DNA of 63,713 nt, counting the filler, from Kipferlia bialata (Eukaryota): assembly GCA_003568945.1 (NCBI GenBank). It is 3 parts of 3 records of this genome, joined end to end, with 100 filler letters (N's around TTAATTAATTAA, not from the genome) between each part and the next. Parts side by side here need not be neighbours in the genome. Positions count along the whole stretch, not along the records: positions 1 to 24,072 come from BDIP01000239.1; positions 24,173 to 48,241 come from BDIP01000240.1; 1 more part is not named here. One strand, written 5' to 3'. The first letter of the stretch is position 1; the number at the start of each line of letters is the position of its first letter. Shown here piece after piece: positions 13,376 to 26,684 of the stretch. The position numbers and the translations under genes were made by a program. The notes under the pieces are model-generated. The model worked only from the letters and a program-made list of their open reading frames with translations, ran no database searches and was not told the origin of the DNA.

Positions 13376-14357
13376 ATGGATATCCTTACCCCAACATGTG
13401 AAGAACAGGGGCACGTGTATGAGTTTGTGTCCTGCAAGAACCAGGTTTCTGTGACGTATACATACAATGAGGAGTGGTACTGGCAGTTCATTCACATTGT
13501 TAGGGATGGGACAATTCAGACACCATTGCTGCAGCCACAAGGGGAGGGAGAGTCCGACACGTATCTTAAGGTCATATCTGGGAGTGTGGAGGGTGTGTCC
13601 CCGTGCCCTCCCCTCCAGACCTCCAGTGCCCTGTACACCCTGTCCACCATCAGGGCAGGGGGGAGGGGGGCAGTGTGCTGTGTGTTTAGGAGGATGAGGG
13701 ATGCCGCTGATATCACTACAGTCCCTGGGTGTGTGGATGTGGTGGATATACCGGAGGGTGTGTCTGTACTAGACTGGACACACTGCAATGACAAGTACCC
13801 AGGTGCCTTTGCAGGCCATGCCTTCTACAACCTGGCAGGGGTGGCACTCAGGCTGGACGGGGCACTCGTGTCATACTTCCAGGTGGGGGTGTCGAGGAGT
13901 TATTTGTGGTGGACTATATATATTGTGTACTCTCTTGACAATAGTCTATACATAGTGTTACATAGTGTAACTAGTCATTACACAGATCTATCCATTCTGT
14001 CTCTTACCCTAGATGTGGGCTGCCGGCCTGGGTGTGGACTGTGGAATGCACGACCACTCTGACCTCAACAGCGACAGTACCTTCTGTGAACAGCACTTCA
14101 CCCTGTACAACGGGAGTGGAGCAGGTGGCATGGCCTACCTCTCCCCCAGTGCCTGCACCCTTGTGTCTGTGCCCCTACCAGTAGGGTATGAGCACGGCCC
14201 ATTCTGGCACACCTCCCAGGATGGTAGGCCTCTGCTGAAGACATCGGGGTGTGTGTCCTATCCCCTCCACAAGTGGCAGGCAGGGGGGGAAGAGGGGGGC
14301 GATCAGCAGCAGTTCGACCTCTGGGCTGTGTTTGAGACTAGGCCACAGTATGTGTAA
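13376..14357 (+). CDS. Aldos-2-ulose dehydratase (AUDH) cupin-like domain protein
   Basis: FYNLAG...YFQ|MWAAG.GVDCGMHDH...FCEQHFTLYNGSGAGGM...EHGPFW...YPLHKWQAG...FDLWAVFE matches the motif series of the AUDH C-terminal cupin as I recall it. Intron at 13883-14012. Confidence 0.65.
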
Positions 14358-14526
14358 TAATAGAATACCAAGTGGGTATTTGTATAACCAACTCACTGGT
14401 GCGTTGGAGATATTGAAGCCACCGACTCTAGTGTTCTGATGTGTATAATGAGGACTCTGTACAAGGTGGTCTTGGGGACAGAGTGTCGGAAAGAGTAATA
14501 ACAAAACTTCGGTCTTTGTCCACACC

Positions 14527-17467
14527 TCAAGTCTCTGGGGCGACGAGACCTTTGGGGGATCCCTGAACCGGAGCGCCATCACCCACGTCCACCGTCCTGG
14601 GTCTCTTCCCATACTTGACTGTATCCTGCTCTGTCAGACCCGGGCAGAGTGCCATCTGGAGAATGGACCCTGCGGGCTGGCGAGATACGATGCTTTGAAC
14701 GGACCAGTCCACATATCGGTTGGGGGGAAGAATGAAGACGAAGGCGCAGGGGACATCCCGTGGCACAACATCAAGGAGTGTGTCGGAGAACAGCGAGGGA
14801 TTGAAGGGAGTGGAGTGCTCGGCCCTGACAGTGCACCGAAGGAAGAGAACACAGGGCTTGGAGTCAACGTGGAGTAGGAGAACACCCTCAAGCGCCGAGA
14901 TGTTGGGCTCATGGGGTCGAAGCAGGACGGGAGAGGTATCCCCAGCGATCATCGCCTTTAGTGGTTCCTTGAGTTTCCGCTTCATGTGGGCAAGCGGGTA
15001 CCAGAGACGCTTTATGGGCGCTGTTAAGGATATATCCTGGAGATTGAGTACTGTGAGACTTAACTGTTGAGAATGAGAGACGAGTGTCCGGCCATATCCA
15101 ACCTCCTACCTGAAGCGTCTCATACACTGAGTCTGGGGTTGGAGCGGAGGGATAGGGGCCAGAACATGATGTGCGATACCGGCCTATCTCCTTGACAGAG
15201 AACATAGGGTGTCTCGAGTCACCACAAGAGAGAAGGAGGAACCACTGGAACCACAACTCCTCCAGTATCAATCCACTGGGAGACTGAGGATGCGGGATAT
15301 CTTGGTCATAGAGAATCGACCGTACTCGGGACAACTGGTTCGTGACAGCAATCCTGGCTGCCTTGGCTCTGATAGCAGGGGTAGCCCAATGGTAGCTGGG
15401 AAGTGAGATGGGGTCCGAATACACTCTGCTCACTCAAGCAAAATGATTCTGATGGATACAATACTAGAATATATAAATACGACTTGAATATACAATATGT
15501 ATACACTTATACACCCATACTACATATTGAGGACCTGGGCAGGAAGTCACCGTCGGCCTCGATGTGGAAGAGAGAGTCGCTGTATTGGGCAGCCAGCAAC
15601 GATTCACCTCCCTCATATATCATATCCATCAGTACTGTTGTGTCCGTACTCAGTCTCACAAGGGCCTGATCAATGGCCAGAGAGACTACAGCCGGCTTGT
15701 CTAACACAGCTCTAGCGGTACCTGGAGGGAGAGAGAGGGGGGAGGGGAGAGGGAGGGGGGGGGGATAATATACCTCCAAAGAGCCTAAAGCGGTGCTCCA
15801 GTATCTGACTGTCTGTCATGGACTCAGGATCACTGTACGACATCTCCCCTCTCCTCCCTCGCACAGGGACAACTCGGAGACCCAGATTCCTCACAGCTCG
15901 TTTGATCTCTGCTAGGGTCCAGAGGCCCATATACAGGTTGACACCATCCATCTTGTTCTTCGTGGTGTTGCAAACAATGAGCTTGTGGGGGGAGGTGAAG
16001 TACCAGTTGTGGTTGCAGAAGGCAGGAACCTCAGTGTACTTTCCATAGGCCACGTCGGTCAGTGACACAACAAGGTCTCCCTCACTCTGCCATCCCTCCA
16101 CGAGGGCAGACAGAGGTTGATGGGACCCAGCTCCGACTCGTCTGACAGTCACGTCAGTGCATGTCGCATCGGGCCGGGCATCCAGAGAGATGATAGTAAC
16201 GGGGACGTCCTTGCCATTGGTGGTGCCCTTCTGGAAGAGAACCCTCCCCCTGAGCTGCTTGTCCCTGAGTGAGTCACACTATACAGAAGGATATAGAAGT
16301 AACTGTCAAGTGGTGGAAGCGAGCCGTGAAAGAGAGAATGTGTCTGCCAGATGATGTGTGTGTCAGGGAGAGGGGGAGTCAGAGATCGATAGAGAGAGGG
16401 AGACAGAAACTATATGGGTCAGAGAGAGTGTTTGTCTGAGAGAGAGGCTGTGTGTTTGTCTGAGAGGGACGGGGTGTGTTAGAGAGAGAGGGACAGGAAT
16501 ATTCCAACATGTGAAAAATAGAAATGATATCAATATGATTAAGCTTGGGATCCAGAAGATGACGCATTGTGAGACCAATACCCGTGTCTGCATTTGACAA
16601 CCATGTAGACGAAGATCGTGTTGACACATGGAGATACGGGCCAAGATGGTTACCTAATGTGGTTCAGGAGTCTCCAGCAGGAGTACACGCGGAAGAATGT
16701 CTTGCCACATCCAGGGGTGCCCGTAATGAAGACGGGTACTGGAGAAGACGTCTTGTCGAACATCTTGGACTCCTTCACTACTCTCTTGAACAGCGGACCG
16801 TAGCACTTCCGTATATACACCTGGGTCAGGAACTCAGATGAGGGAGGACCTAGGAGTAGAGAGAGACAGCAGAGGCCGCAAGTCTGTTCCCGACCTTAGT
16901 CACGCCCTTCTTTATGGAGTTGCTCATGTCTATGAGGCCATAGGGAAACTCTAGGTGTGTCTTCTTGGAATCATAGGGAAGGGCACAGACGCGGGCAAAC
17001 TCATAGTCCTGATCGACCTGATAGGAGTTGAAAGAGAGAGCTATATATAATGAATTGCAAAAATGAATACCACCAAGGTACCGTTTCGATTGATGACCCC
17101 ACTGATCTCTCTCACAGACATCAGCTATACCGTATACAACACTCAGACGATTTATCTATAGTCACAAACAAAGACACTATAGAAACACACTATATACTGA
17201 TACCTTGGTGGCCTCTCTCTCTCTAGTGGTCTCTGCCTGGGAGTGAGATGAAGAAACATACATACAGCTCTGACTGTGAACGTCGTGTCACAACAAATGT
17301 CATCTCAATCATCACCCAGATACCCATTTCACAATATCACATCTATACATTATACAGACAGCCGATAGTAAAATCCATCTACGAACCAGTATCCATTCAA
17401 CAGCATTTGCAACCAAAACAAAACATGCCGAGGCCGCCACCGAGGCTAGAAGTGTCGGGAAGTCCAT
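14527..17467 (-). CDS. Crinkler/RHS-type protein: P-loop NTPase plus C-terminal restriction-endonuclease-like domain; 5' end uncertain
   Basis: YIRKCY...VFITGTPGCGKTFFRVY (Walker A at 16698-16721), then LYMGLWTLAEI and RFRLFG|GTARAVL, then C-terminal LRP..PN.SALEG...LFLRCTV...H. This is the characteristic CR-NTPase + REase order. Confidence 0.75.
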
Positions 17468-17519
17468 ATCGCTGGATGGTGAGACATGAGCGGAGGTAGA
17501 ATATACTAGTGATCAGTGA

Positions 17520-17520
<1 letters not shown>

Positions 17521-17550
<30 letters not shown>
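17521..17550. repeat. (AAT)10 microsatellite
   Basis: Perfect trinucleotide run. Confidence 0.95.
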
Positions 17551-17551
<1 letters not shown>

Positions 17552-18574
17552 TGGGTGCATACCGTTGAGTTGAGAGAGTGTGTGGATGGTGTATATTCGC
17601 GGCAGGCACAGAGAGGGAGATAGAATGAGAGGGCTGAAGTGCTGGGCTACGCAGTGTAGGTGCAGAGAGGGCGTGTGAGATACACTCAGGATTGGGTACT
17701 TTCGAACGACAGGTATAGATAGAGACATAGAGGGTAAAGTGTGTATACACTGCAGCCACACCCAGAGAGAGAGAGTGTGTCAATGCAGTGTATATACTCT
17801 CCTGAGTCAGCAGAGTGGTGGGAGATTGTATGGCAGATATACATAGAGAGAAAGACGGTAAATGGTTGTATACATGACAGTAAGGTCGACCCTATAGTGA
17901 GTGAGACGAAGGGATGTATAGAACTGAGTGAATACCACACGTGTAGGGAAGACAGTGGAGTGTGCATGATATGGAAGGAGTCAGAGGGATGTGGGCAGCA
18001 AAGGTGATCAAAGTAGGAGAGAGGGCACGACAAACCTACAGACTTGGGGGCGGAGCTTCGGTGTTTGCAGTCCTAGCGTGAGATATGGTGAGTATGCAGG
18101 AGCATAATGCATGGTGACACTCGACAGAGAGAGCAGAGTAGTAGTCGATGAACCAGCTGACACCCGGGAGTACTGGTGGGGTAAAGTGGGGATATGCTCG
18201 AACACTGTCATAGTCATCTATTACTACTAACACCACCGTAGTATAGATCATTACCTTCCTGTCAGCATACACACGAGTTGCCAGTAATGGGACCTGACGC
18301 ACTGATGAGTGTATCGTGAAGAGAGGAAAAGATCAGTGTACATTGTCGTAACTATCGATAAACCCTCAGACGGACACAGCAGGTCAGCGCCTCTCCACGC
18401 CCTTTTCTCACTCACCAGCGAGGGTGCTTGGACTACAAGCCTTGGAGTATTACCATACCTACTCCCGAGTACCCACCGCGGCATAGGCCCCTGTCTATAT
18501 CATCCCCCCCACTCCCAGTGCACAGATAGGGGCAGTGGCAGTGTCCAGAGTGTGAGAGAGGGTCCCTCCACAGC

Positions 18575-21500
18575 ATGGACTGGTCAGATATAGATATAGA
18601 TATAGATGACCCAGGGGGCGGCCTGGGGCTAGATGATGCAGACTACGATGATGACCTAGACTACCTGCAACAGGGTACGTTGCGTATATGCTATACTCAG
18701 ACAGTGAATTTCAATTACTCACTGTTCATTCACTGTCACTATCACTGTCTCTTGTACCTGCCTGTCTTTTCTATTACTGCCATTCCACCCCTCTTCACTC
18801 TACTCCCCTCACCATAGCCATTGGCCAGCGCACTGCCTCCGGTGTATCCAGTGGCTATGTGTCAGATGGAACCAGTCTTGGTATGGACCACGGGTCAGGT
18901 GACGCATTGTCTGCCCCCCTCCCCACCCTAGATGGGAGTGGGGTTGCCCCTGTGGCTGCCTTTGATGACCTCCTGTCCTACCTGGATGCCTCCTGTGCCG
19001 ATATGCTCCAGGACGATGACCAGATGCTGATACCGGACGAGGGGGAGGGGGAGGGGGGGACACAGGTTACGGGGGGAGGGGGGACAGATGGGGAGGAAGG
19101 GGAGGCCCCGTACTCTTTGGAGATGCCGCGCATTGTGTATGATGCTGTGTTCGCTGATGTGGACCCCTCTCCTGACACTGAGGAGACACCCCAGACACCA
19201 TCTCTGGAACACTCACACTCCTCTGTAGCTGAGGGGGGGGAGGATGCCGGTGTGGCTGATACCACTGAGGCAGCCTCTGTCGTAGCGACAGAGGGGTCAG
19301 GTGATGCCGCATTCAGTGGTGGTGATGTTAGAGGTGTGCCAGAGGATGAGGCATCTGACCCTGCCCATGTCCCCGCTATCTCCCCCCCTGCTCTGCTTGA
19401 TGCCTACAACGCCTCTGAGCGGGTGTGGTTTGTGGGTATCATAGAGTCAGAGCTGGCACTGATGGCTGCCTGCGATGCATACTCCCAGCAGTATGAGGAG
19501 CAGTGTGCCCTGGAGGAGGGGGTCAGACAGGAGAGGCAGAGAGCAGGGGCCTGTCTGCAGAGTATGACTCAGGCTGACAGAGAGGCAGAGGGGGTGAGAC
19601 AGGCAGAGAAGGACGCAGAGAGAGCCCTCGAGCAGCAGCGTGTACTCTTAGAACAGCAGGCACATGCCGCCAGAGAGGAACAGGCACGGAGGGAGGCCGA
19701 GGTGGATGGTCTCTTCCACCGTGCCCGTACTGATGCACTGATATCCATGCCCAGGTTGGACAGAGAGGGTCAGGTCCGCAGGGTTCGTGAGAGACCCCCT
19801 GCCCCCGGCCCTGCCCCCATGGTCTGTGGCAGTGGGTACAGCCCAGAGGCCCTAGTGCCGGGTTATGCCACTCTAGCGAAGAAGGCTGACTCTTATGTGG
19901 CCCCGGTGTCTCGAGTCACGCTGCCTGATGCAGGCAAGGCCAGTAGAGAGAGGCACTCTGCCATGATGAAGAGGCAGGGGGAGAGAGTGAAGGAGCAGGA
20001 GGAGAGGACAGAGGAGTACATGGGTAGGGTCACCCAGTACCAACAGGGTATGGTGACTCTAGGCAATGCCCTGGCCTACCCTGCTGCCCTGGCATCTACC
20101 AGTGAAGGCCAGGAGCAGCCGGCAGAGACTGCGTCAGCGCTCTCCGACACATACCACCGGGGAGAGTACATCCCCCACCGCCCCCCTCCCTGTCTGAGTG
20201 TGATGGAGGTGTCTGCCAAGGGCAACAGGGGACAGATCACAGTGCCACAGGGGGTATCCCCCTCCAGGCCTGCCTTCCCCCACCTCTCTGTGCTCAGGCT
20301 CAGCCACCTAGACCTGACCAACACCCTGGGACCCCTTCTGCAGGGCATGCCCTCCCTCACTGTCCTAGAGATCACCCACTGCACCCTGCCCCTTGCCCTG
20401 ACGCCTGCCTGTGCCCTCCCCCCCTCCCTGAGGAGGCTGAGGGTCAGAGACTCAGGGGTGGGGGAGGTCGCCCCGGCATTCCTCGCCACTGCACCTGGTC
20501 TCCTAGAGATTGACTTCTCAGGCAACGCCTTATCTGCAATACCCCCTCTGCAGAGCCTGCCCCTCCTCAGAGCGGCAGCATTCAGACAGTGTGGGGCCAC
20601 ATCATGCCCATCAATTGCACTTCCCTTCCTGCAGGTGGGGCACGCTAATATGTACATTATATATACTATATATTACCGTTCCATGTTACTAGGCCTAGTA
20701 TGTAGGTCATACTCCCAGCAATGTCTCACAACAGGCCCTGGACTTGCGCCTTAACAGCTTCGGGTGTCTGCCCCCCCTTCTCTGTCCATCCCTTGAGGTC
20801 CTTGCCATTGACTGTCCCCGCATACATGCCAGACAGGGCCTCATACCCTGCACATCCCTCCGTTGTTCCTCTGCACTAGTGTCTGTCATAGACCCAGAGG
20901 GGCAGAGGGGCCTAGCCGCTGCCTTTCGGTGTGTGGAGTGGTTAGACGTGTCACCTTCAGACGCCACTCCCCCCCTGTCCTCTCTCTCTCCCCTCCTCCC
21001 CTCCCTGCACTTCGTCAACTCAGAGGCTGTGTCTAGGGTGGCAGGTGGGGGGGTGGGGGCAAGGGTGAGGGGGGCTAGGCATACAGGGGCAGACAGGCCC
21101 AGGCAGTGGCTGACAGTGGGATCATCAGGAAGTACAAGTGGGTCAGATAGCCCTGTCTCTGGAGTAGAGACAGTGGAGGATATGTGGGAGAGGCGCATCC
21201 AGTATATCTCTCCCTCTGAGAGACACAGGGTGTATGCCTCCCTTCCCAGCCATGGGAGGTACCATAGGTACAGGGCAGTGTCCAAGGGTCTAGCAGGGTG
21301 GAGCCGCATGAAGGTGCTGCCCTACTCCAACCCCGCCAGTGTGTGTGCCATGCTGGGTAGGGTGGGTGTGGCCGTAGGGCAGGAGGGGTGTGGAGGGGTG
21401 TCCCAGGATGACAGGTGGTGTGTGTCTGAGTTAGTGATAGCTGATGCCCTGGATGTGTCAGCCCAGAGGCTCAACACAGCTCTGTCAACTATGGACACAC

Positions 21501-23320
21501 AGGGGTCTCCCTCCTCCTCTAGTGACAGTGAAGGGCAGGAGGCATCCACCGCCATCCCCCTAGTACTCGGGTCCTGTGGAGCCTACTCCACAGACAGTGT
21601 CACAGACCTCTACACCACTTCTGCCGTCTGTATACAGTCTGCTCTGCGTGGGTATCAGGCAAGGGTACGTGCCAAGTATATGAGGGAGGCCGTGCTTTGT
21701 ATGCAGAAACTGGCCAGAGGTACGCGAGACAAGTCACTTGCGCTGAAGAGGGTCCAGTGTACAGTGCACATGCAGTCTCTGCTTAGAGGTAGGAGAGACA
21801 GACACCTGTATCAGCAGAGGTGTCAGGCTGTGTCCACCATACAGAGAGTGGTGAGACAGGCCAAGGAGGATAGGGAGAGAGAGGCCAAGTGGAGACAGTA
21901 CATGCTGCCCTACATGGAGGGGCTAGTGGCACAGTACAAGAAGACAAGGGCGGCAGAGAGAGAGAAGGAGAGGCAGAGAGAGGAGGAGAGAGAGAAGCGG
22001 AAACAGAGGGAGGCAGATGAGAGAGAGGAGAGGTTGGCCAGGGAGGAGATGGGTACTAGTCGTCGCCTTCTGTCTGTAAGGCAGGAGGGAAGAGTGGCAG
22101 GGGTAGGTTCAGACTCTGAGAGTGAGGATGATGAGTACTCACCCCCCATCCGCATGCCTACCGTGTCCAGAGGTAAGATGGGAGGGACGTCCCCCTCTAG
22201 AGGTAGGGTGACACCTCTGCGTGCTGCATTTCGGCCACCGCCTGTTCCGAGGCCAGTCAGATACAGAGAACCCACACCACCCGAGAGGGAGAGGGAGAGG
22301 CCTAGTGGCACATCCACGACAGAAGAGCCTCGGCTACCCCTTCCGTTCCGCCCACTCCCTCCCCCTCACACCACCGACAACATTACACCCACTGGGTCGG
22401 AGCAACAGGCAGGCCCATATCAGAAGACTTCTGGTCAGCTATATGCACTGAGTGATGAGGATGAGAGTGATGCTGACCTGGACTGGGTGGATAATCTGTC
22501 AGATGGGGAGTATGGGATAGGAGAGGCGCCCAGGGTGGAGCTGGATCCTGGCACGGAGGAGTGTCTCTTCCACACAGTGTCGAGGTCCAGTTCTAGGACA
22601 CCCTCTCGGTCTCCCTCCCCTCTTAGTACTCCCTTGTCTCCATCGCTGAGGGACCCATACTCAGACACCCGGCATCACTCTCCATACGCCGATACCTACA
22701 CCTCCCCCCGTCCCCTGTCCCACGCACCCTCAGAGGGTGCCGTAGGGGTGTATGGAGGTGGTCATGCGGCTGCCTCCCCCAGCCACTCTGTCAGGAGTGA
22801 GCCCGGCCGCAGACGCCCCTCCCCCTCCGATGGTATGAGTAGGGCCAAGCAAGTGGCCAGTAGCAAGGGGTGGCACTTTGAGAAGGGCGCCACTGCTGCT
22901 GCCTATCTGGCCAAGCAGAGGCGGGACAAGAGGAGGGCCAAGAAGGCCACAGAGGGGGAGGGGGACGCAGCAGCCAGGCTCCAACGGTTCAGACGGGCCC
23001 AGAAGAGTGCCGCGTCGCAGCCTAGAGCAGGGGAGGACCGAATGGGTGTGGGTAGACGCACAGTGAGGGTACAGCCAATGCCGGGGTCTAGGTCTGGGGG
23101 TGGGCGCAGTGGGGACAGTCGGGTCCGTGTACCCACCGTATCCCCTGGTATGCAGGATCAGGAGCAGAGGAGCGGGATTCGACTCCCCCCTCTAGGTCCG
23201 TCCCATACCAGTACCAGCACTATGAGACAACCCAGTAGAGGGGGGCAGAGGCAGACACTGGATAGGAGAAGGACCACCCGGCAACGCCCACCACTACACA
23301 ACGCCTCCATACAGTGGTAA
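18575..23320 (+). CDS. Leucine-rich-repeat and IQ-motif protein (LRRIQ1-like architecture); exons 18575-18674, 18818-20634, 20735-23320
   Basis: Coiled coil, then LRRs (LSVLRLSHLDL, LRRLRVRDSGV, LLEIDFSGNALSAIPPL), then IQ motifs (IQSALRGYQAR, MQKLARG, MQSLLRGRRDR), then a low-complexity tail. Splice phases are consistent. Confidence 0.8.
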
Positions 23321-23500
23321 CGTTGCTGATCACTGGACAAGTTGTATACTACCTTAGATACTTTACCATTTGATGTCTACGCGATAAGATCCAGAGAACG
23401 TACAACGTTCGATCACAAATAGATCTACCCTTTTTCCAAGAGGACCCACTGAAGGTTCAGAGTGACTACCTCTTCTCACCTTCCTAAGAAATACAAGACA

Positions 23501-23902
23501 ATGTCTGTTGTCCCAGTTCCCATCCCCCCCAATGCCCTGCAAGTGGGTGATGTGGTTCTGAAGATGAAGAGGTATGGGCATGGTGATGAAGCAGCAGAAG
23601 GTTGTTTCAGAGTGGATGACACTAGTATTGACCCATGGTACTCTCACACTCCAGGAGGAAGGTGTCCGTACCCGGGATTGTCCACCTTCACCAGGGTATG
23701 TATTAATACGTATGTCTGAGTGTGAAATCAGTGTTCTCCACTGGCTTTTCAGAGCCTTGAACTCAATACTCCATGAATACTCGGTTACACCTCGCACTCC
23801 ATTGGCCCACACACATACACACGCATACCGGCTATCATATTGCTTTTCACCTGACCCCAGGTGGAGTTGCCTTTATGCCCGTGCCCCCCTGTCCCAAACT
23901 AG
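23501..23902 (+). CDS. 5' fragment of a hypothetical gene (3 exons), truncated at the contig join
   Basis: MSVVPVPIPP...KMKR|RKVSVPGIVHLHQ|GGVAFMPVPPCPKL with canonical introns, ending before the poly-C tract and N gap. Confidence 0.5.
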
Positions 23903-24030
23903 GTGGGGTCAGTTCACTTCGTGTATCCCTGCAGTTTAGAATGTGACTCTACCCTGATGGTTACCTCTAGTTAATGGGACCAATATGGTTTATAGGTCAC
24001 ATTCTCTCTCTTTGGGTACCTGATCCCCCC

Positions 24031-24064
<34 letters not shown>

Positions 24065-24072
24065 TTTCTGTT

Positions 24073-24171
24073 NNNNNNNNNNNNNNNNNNNNNNNNNNNN
24101 NNNNNNNNNNNNNNNNTTAATTAATTAANNNNNNNNNNNNNNNNNNNNNNNNNNNNNNNNNNNNNNNNNNN
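24073..24171. other. Artificial contig join: N44-TTAATTAATTAA-N43
   Basis: Six-frame stop linker at 24117-24128 inside an N run. Confidence 0.93.
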
Positions 24172-24277
24172 NCCCCCCCAAATACGACGCCCCCCCCCCC
24201 CCCCCCCCCCCCCCTTTGCCGGTCCAGACTACCTTCCATAGTATATACTGTATATATATATATATATATACTCTAAC

Positions 24278-24734
24278 CTTAGTCTTGGCACCCCTCTCCC
24301 CTTGCTGGTACATACTCTGAGGCAGCATCAGCATATATACCTACTGTATACACAATATATATTAATATACTATTACTATGTACTTACCTTAGTCTTGGCC
24401 TCCTTCCCCCCTTGCTGGTGCATACTCTGAGGCAGCATCAGCATCCAACCTGTTGATGACAAAGAACCTATTGATGACAAAGAACGGAGTGACCATCGGG
24501 GCAGAGGGCTCATTTGGAGGTATGTGCATATATATATAGTGTTTAATTACAATACAACATAGGTATATGTGAATCATTTACAACCACTTAACCCCAGTCA
24601 GCACCTCCTACAATGCTGCTGATGACTCTGATGACTCCAACTGGGGCCCATCCCTCTGGTTCTCGCACGAGGGTATGGATATGTGTACATAATCTCTTTA
24701 CTTAGTAATTAGTAGTTTTGTTGCATACATGTGG

Positions 24735-24771
<37 letters not shown>

Positions 24772-26638
24772 ATCTTCGTGTCTACCCTAGTCTTACCCCT
24801 CAGCTGACCCCGCTCTGTTCACACTGGGAGAGGGCACATCGACATCAGGTATATAGCATATTCATTAGAAACATTGGTATATATAAGTATTTATAATGAG
24901 AGAGTATTTGGATACGTGTTGTATGTCTATTCCTTCTATATAGATTGTTCACACTGGCAGAGGGCACATCGACATCAGGTATATATAGCATATTCGTAAC
25001 TAATATTGGAATATATAGATGTATAATGAGAGAATGTGTATAGATACGTGTAGGATGTCTTTTCTATCTATATTGATTGTTCACACTGGCAGAGGGCACA
25101 TCGACATCAGGTATAGGATTCATATGCATATTTCAATATATATGTATATATATATATAGGTTAGAATCATTCGTCTAGCTATATGTCTACTGGCGCCAGG
25201 TTCGTCCTTCTCCTTCAACTGGTAGTACTATGTGTACTACTTGTATCGATATAGCTATATGACTAAACCCAGGCTCTTCCTTCTCCTTCTCCAATGATAT
25301 CTATCTCTCTCTCTCTCTCTCTATATATATATACATATATACCATATGCAGGCAATATGTAACTGACTCTAGGCTCTTCCTTCTCCTTCACCAATGACGA
25401 TGACAGCGAGGGGGTGCACTACACTAACCGGAGATACAGAATGTACGTGCATATATATCTCTCATGCATCTTTGTCCTTTGAAAGTGTTTGAATCCGTCT
25501 TGTGTCATGTTCAAGCGTTCATTACTGTGTCCTTTGTGGTGTCTCTCTCTCTCTCTCTCTCTCTTTCTCTTTCTCTCAATCGGCAGTATCCCTCTTCTGA
25601 CTCTCCCACCTGGTTACAACGGTTTATCGTATGTTTGACATTTCATTGAATGTGTATGTTTCAGAAGTACTATATGCGTCAGTGTGTACCTAACCCTCAG
25701 CCCCCTTCCTTGCAACAACACTGTGTCTGAGACCACCTACCCATACATATATATATATCAGTTATAAGTCTGACCATTAGCCCCCCACCTGGTAACAACA
25801 CTGTCTCTGAGACCACCTACCCTCTGACAGATGTGGGTGGGACAGAGACTATGTACCTGACAGGGAACGGTTGCACAGGTATACCTATATGTATGTATAG
25901 ATTGCTGTTTACTCTTTACAAGTTGACAGATTCATGTACCTGACAGGGAACGGGTGCAGGTTACTATATATGTGTATAGTACAGATACATATTTACAGAG
26001 CTTCTCTCTTGTTGTATCCTCTCTCCCTCACCCTAGGTGTCTATGCCACTGCTGGCGTCGATGTCACTGACCTTGGCACCAGGGTGGGCACAGTGTTTGT
26101 GTCATACCTCGGTGCAACATATGCCACAGACGTTGCATTCGAGATTGGGTCATGCGCTAGGCTGCTAGTTGATGACAGGTGTGTATCTATACATGTATAT
26201 ATCTTAAATTAGTACATATCTTCTCTATACGAGGTTGGGTCCTGCGCCAGACTGATAGTTGACGATAGGTATGCGTGCGTCTGTGTTTATGCCTCCCTAC
26301 TCTCTCTCTAACCCGTAGGCACATCGACTCCGTCATCTCTTTCTCTCTCTATCCCCCTCTCTCTCTCACAATATGTATGTATATCTCTGACCCCTAGAGA
26401 CACCGACTCCGTCATCACTGATATGACCAATACCTCTCTCTCTATATATGTGTATATACAAATATGTATATATGTGTGTAATCCTAACTCACCTCTAGGG
26501 ATATTGACTCCGTCACCGTTGATGTGACCAATGCATCAGTCCCTCTCTCTACCTCTATGTATACAGACACCTACCTTACCCCTAGAGACATCGACTCTGT
26601 CATCATCGATCTCACCATTGCCTCTTATTCTCTCTCAT

Positions 26639-26684
<46 letters not shown>

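Noticed and set aside
23501..23902. TFIIH p62-like PH domain
   Set aside because: The resemblance is faint and the fragment is too short to support the call.
24117..24128. TTAATTAATTAA as a biological motif (also 48286-48297)
   Set aside because: It is centred in N runs and is a six-frame stop linker. Adjacency across these joins should not be interpreted.
24816..25112. Regularly spaced 35-55 bp repeats as a CRISPR array (also 31382-31660 and 10491-10604)
   Set aside because: The repeats are exon ends with splice sites or plain tandem copies, the spacers are microsatellite-like, the context is eukaryotic and there are no cas genes.
26315..26620. Echoes as ordinary mutually exclusive exons
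   Set aside because: Each copy has only one of the two splice sites and only part of the exon, and then runs into microsatellite.
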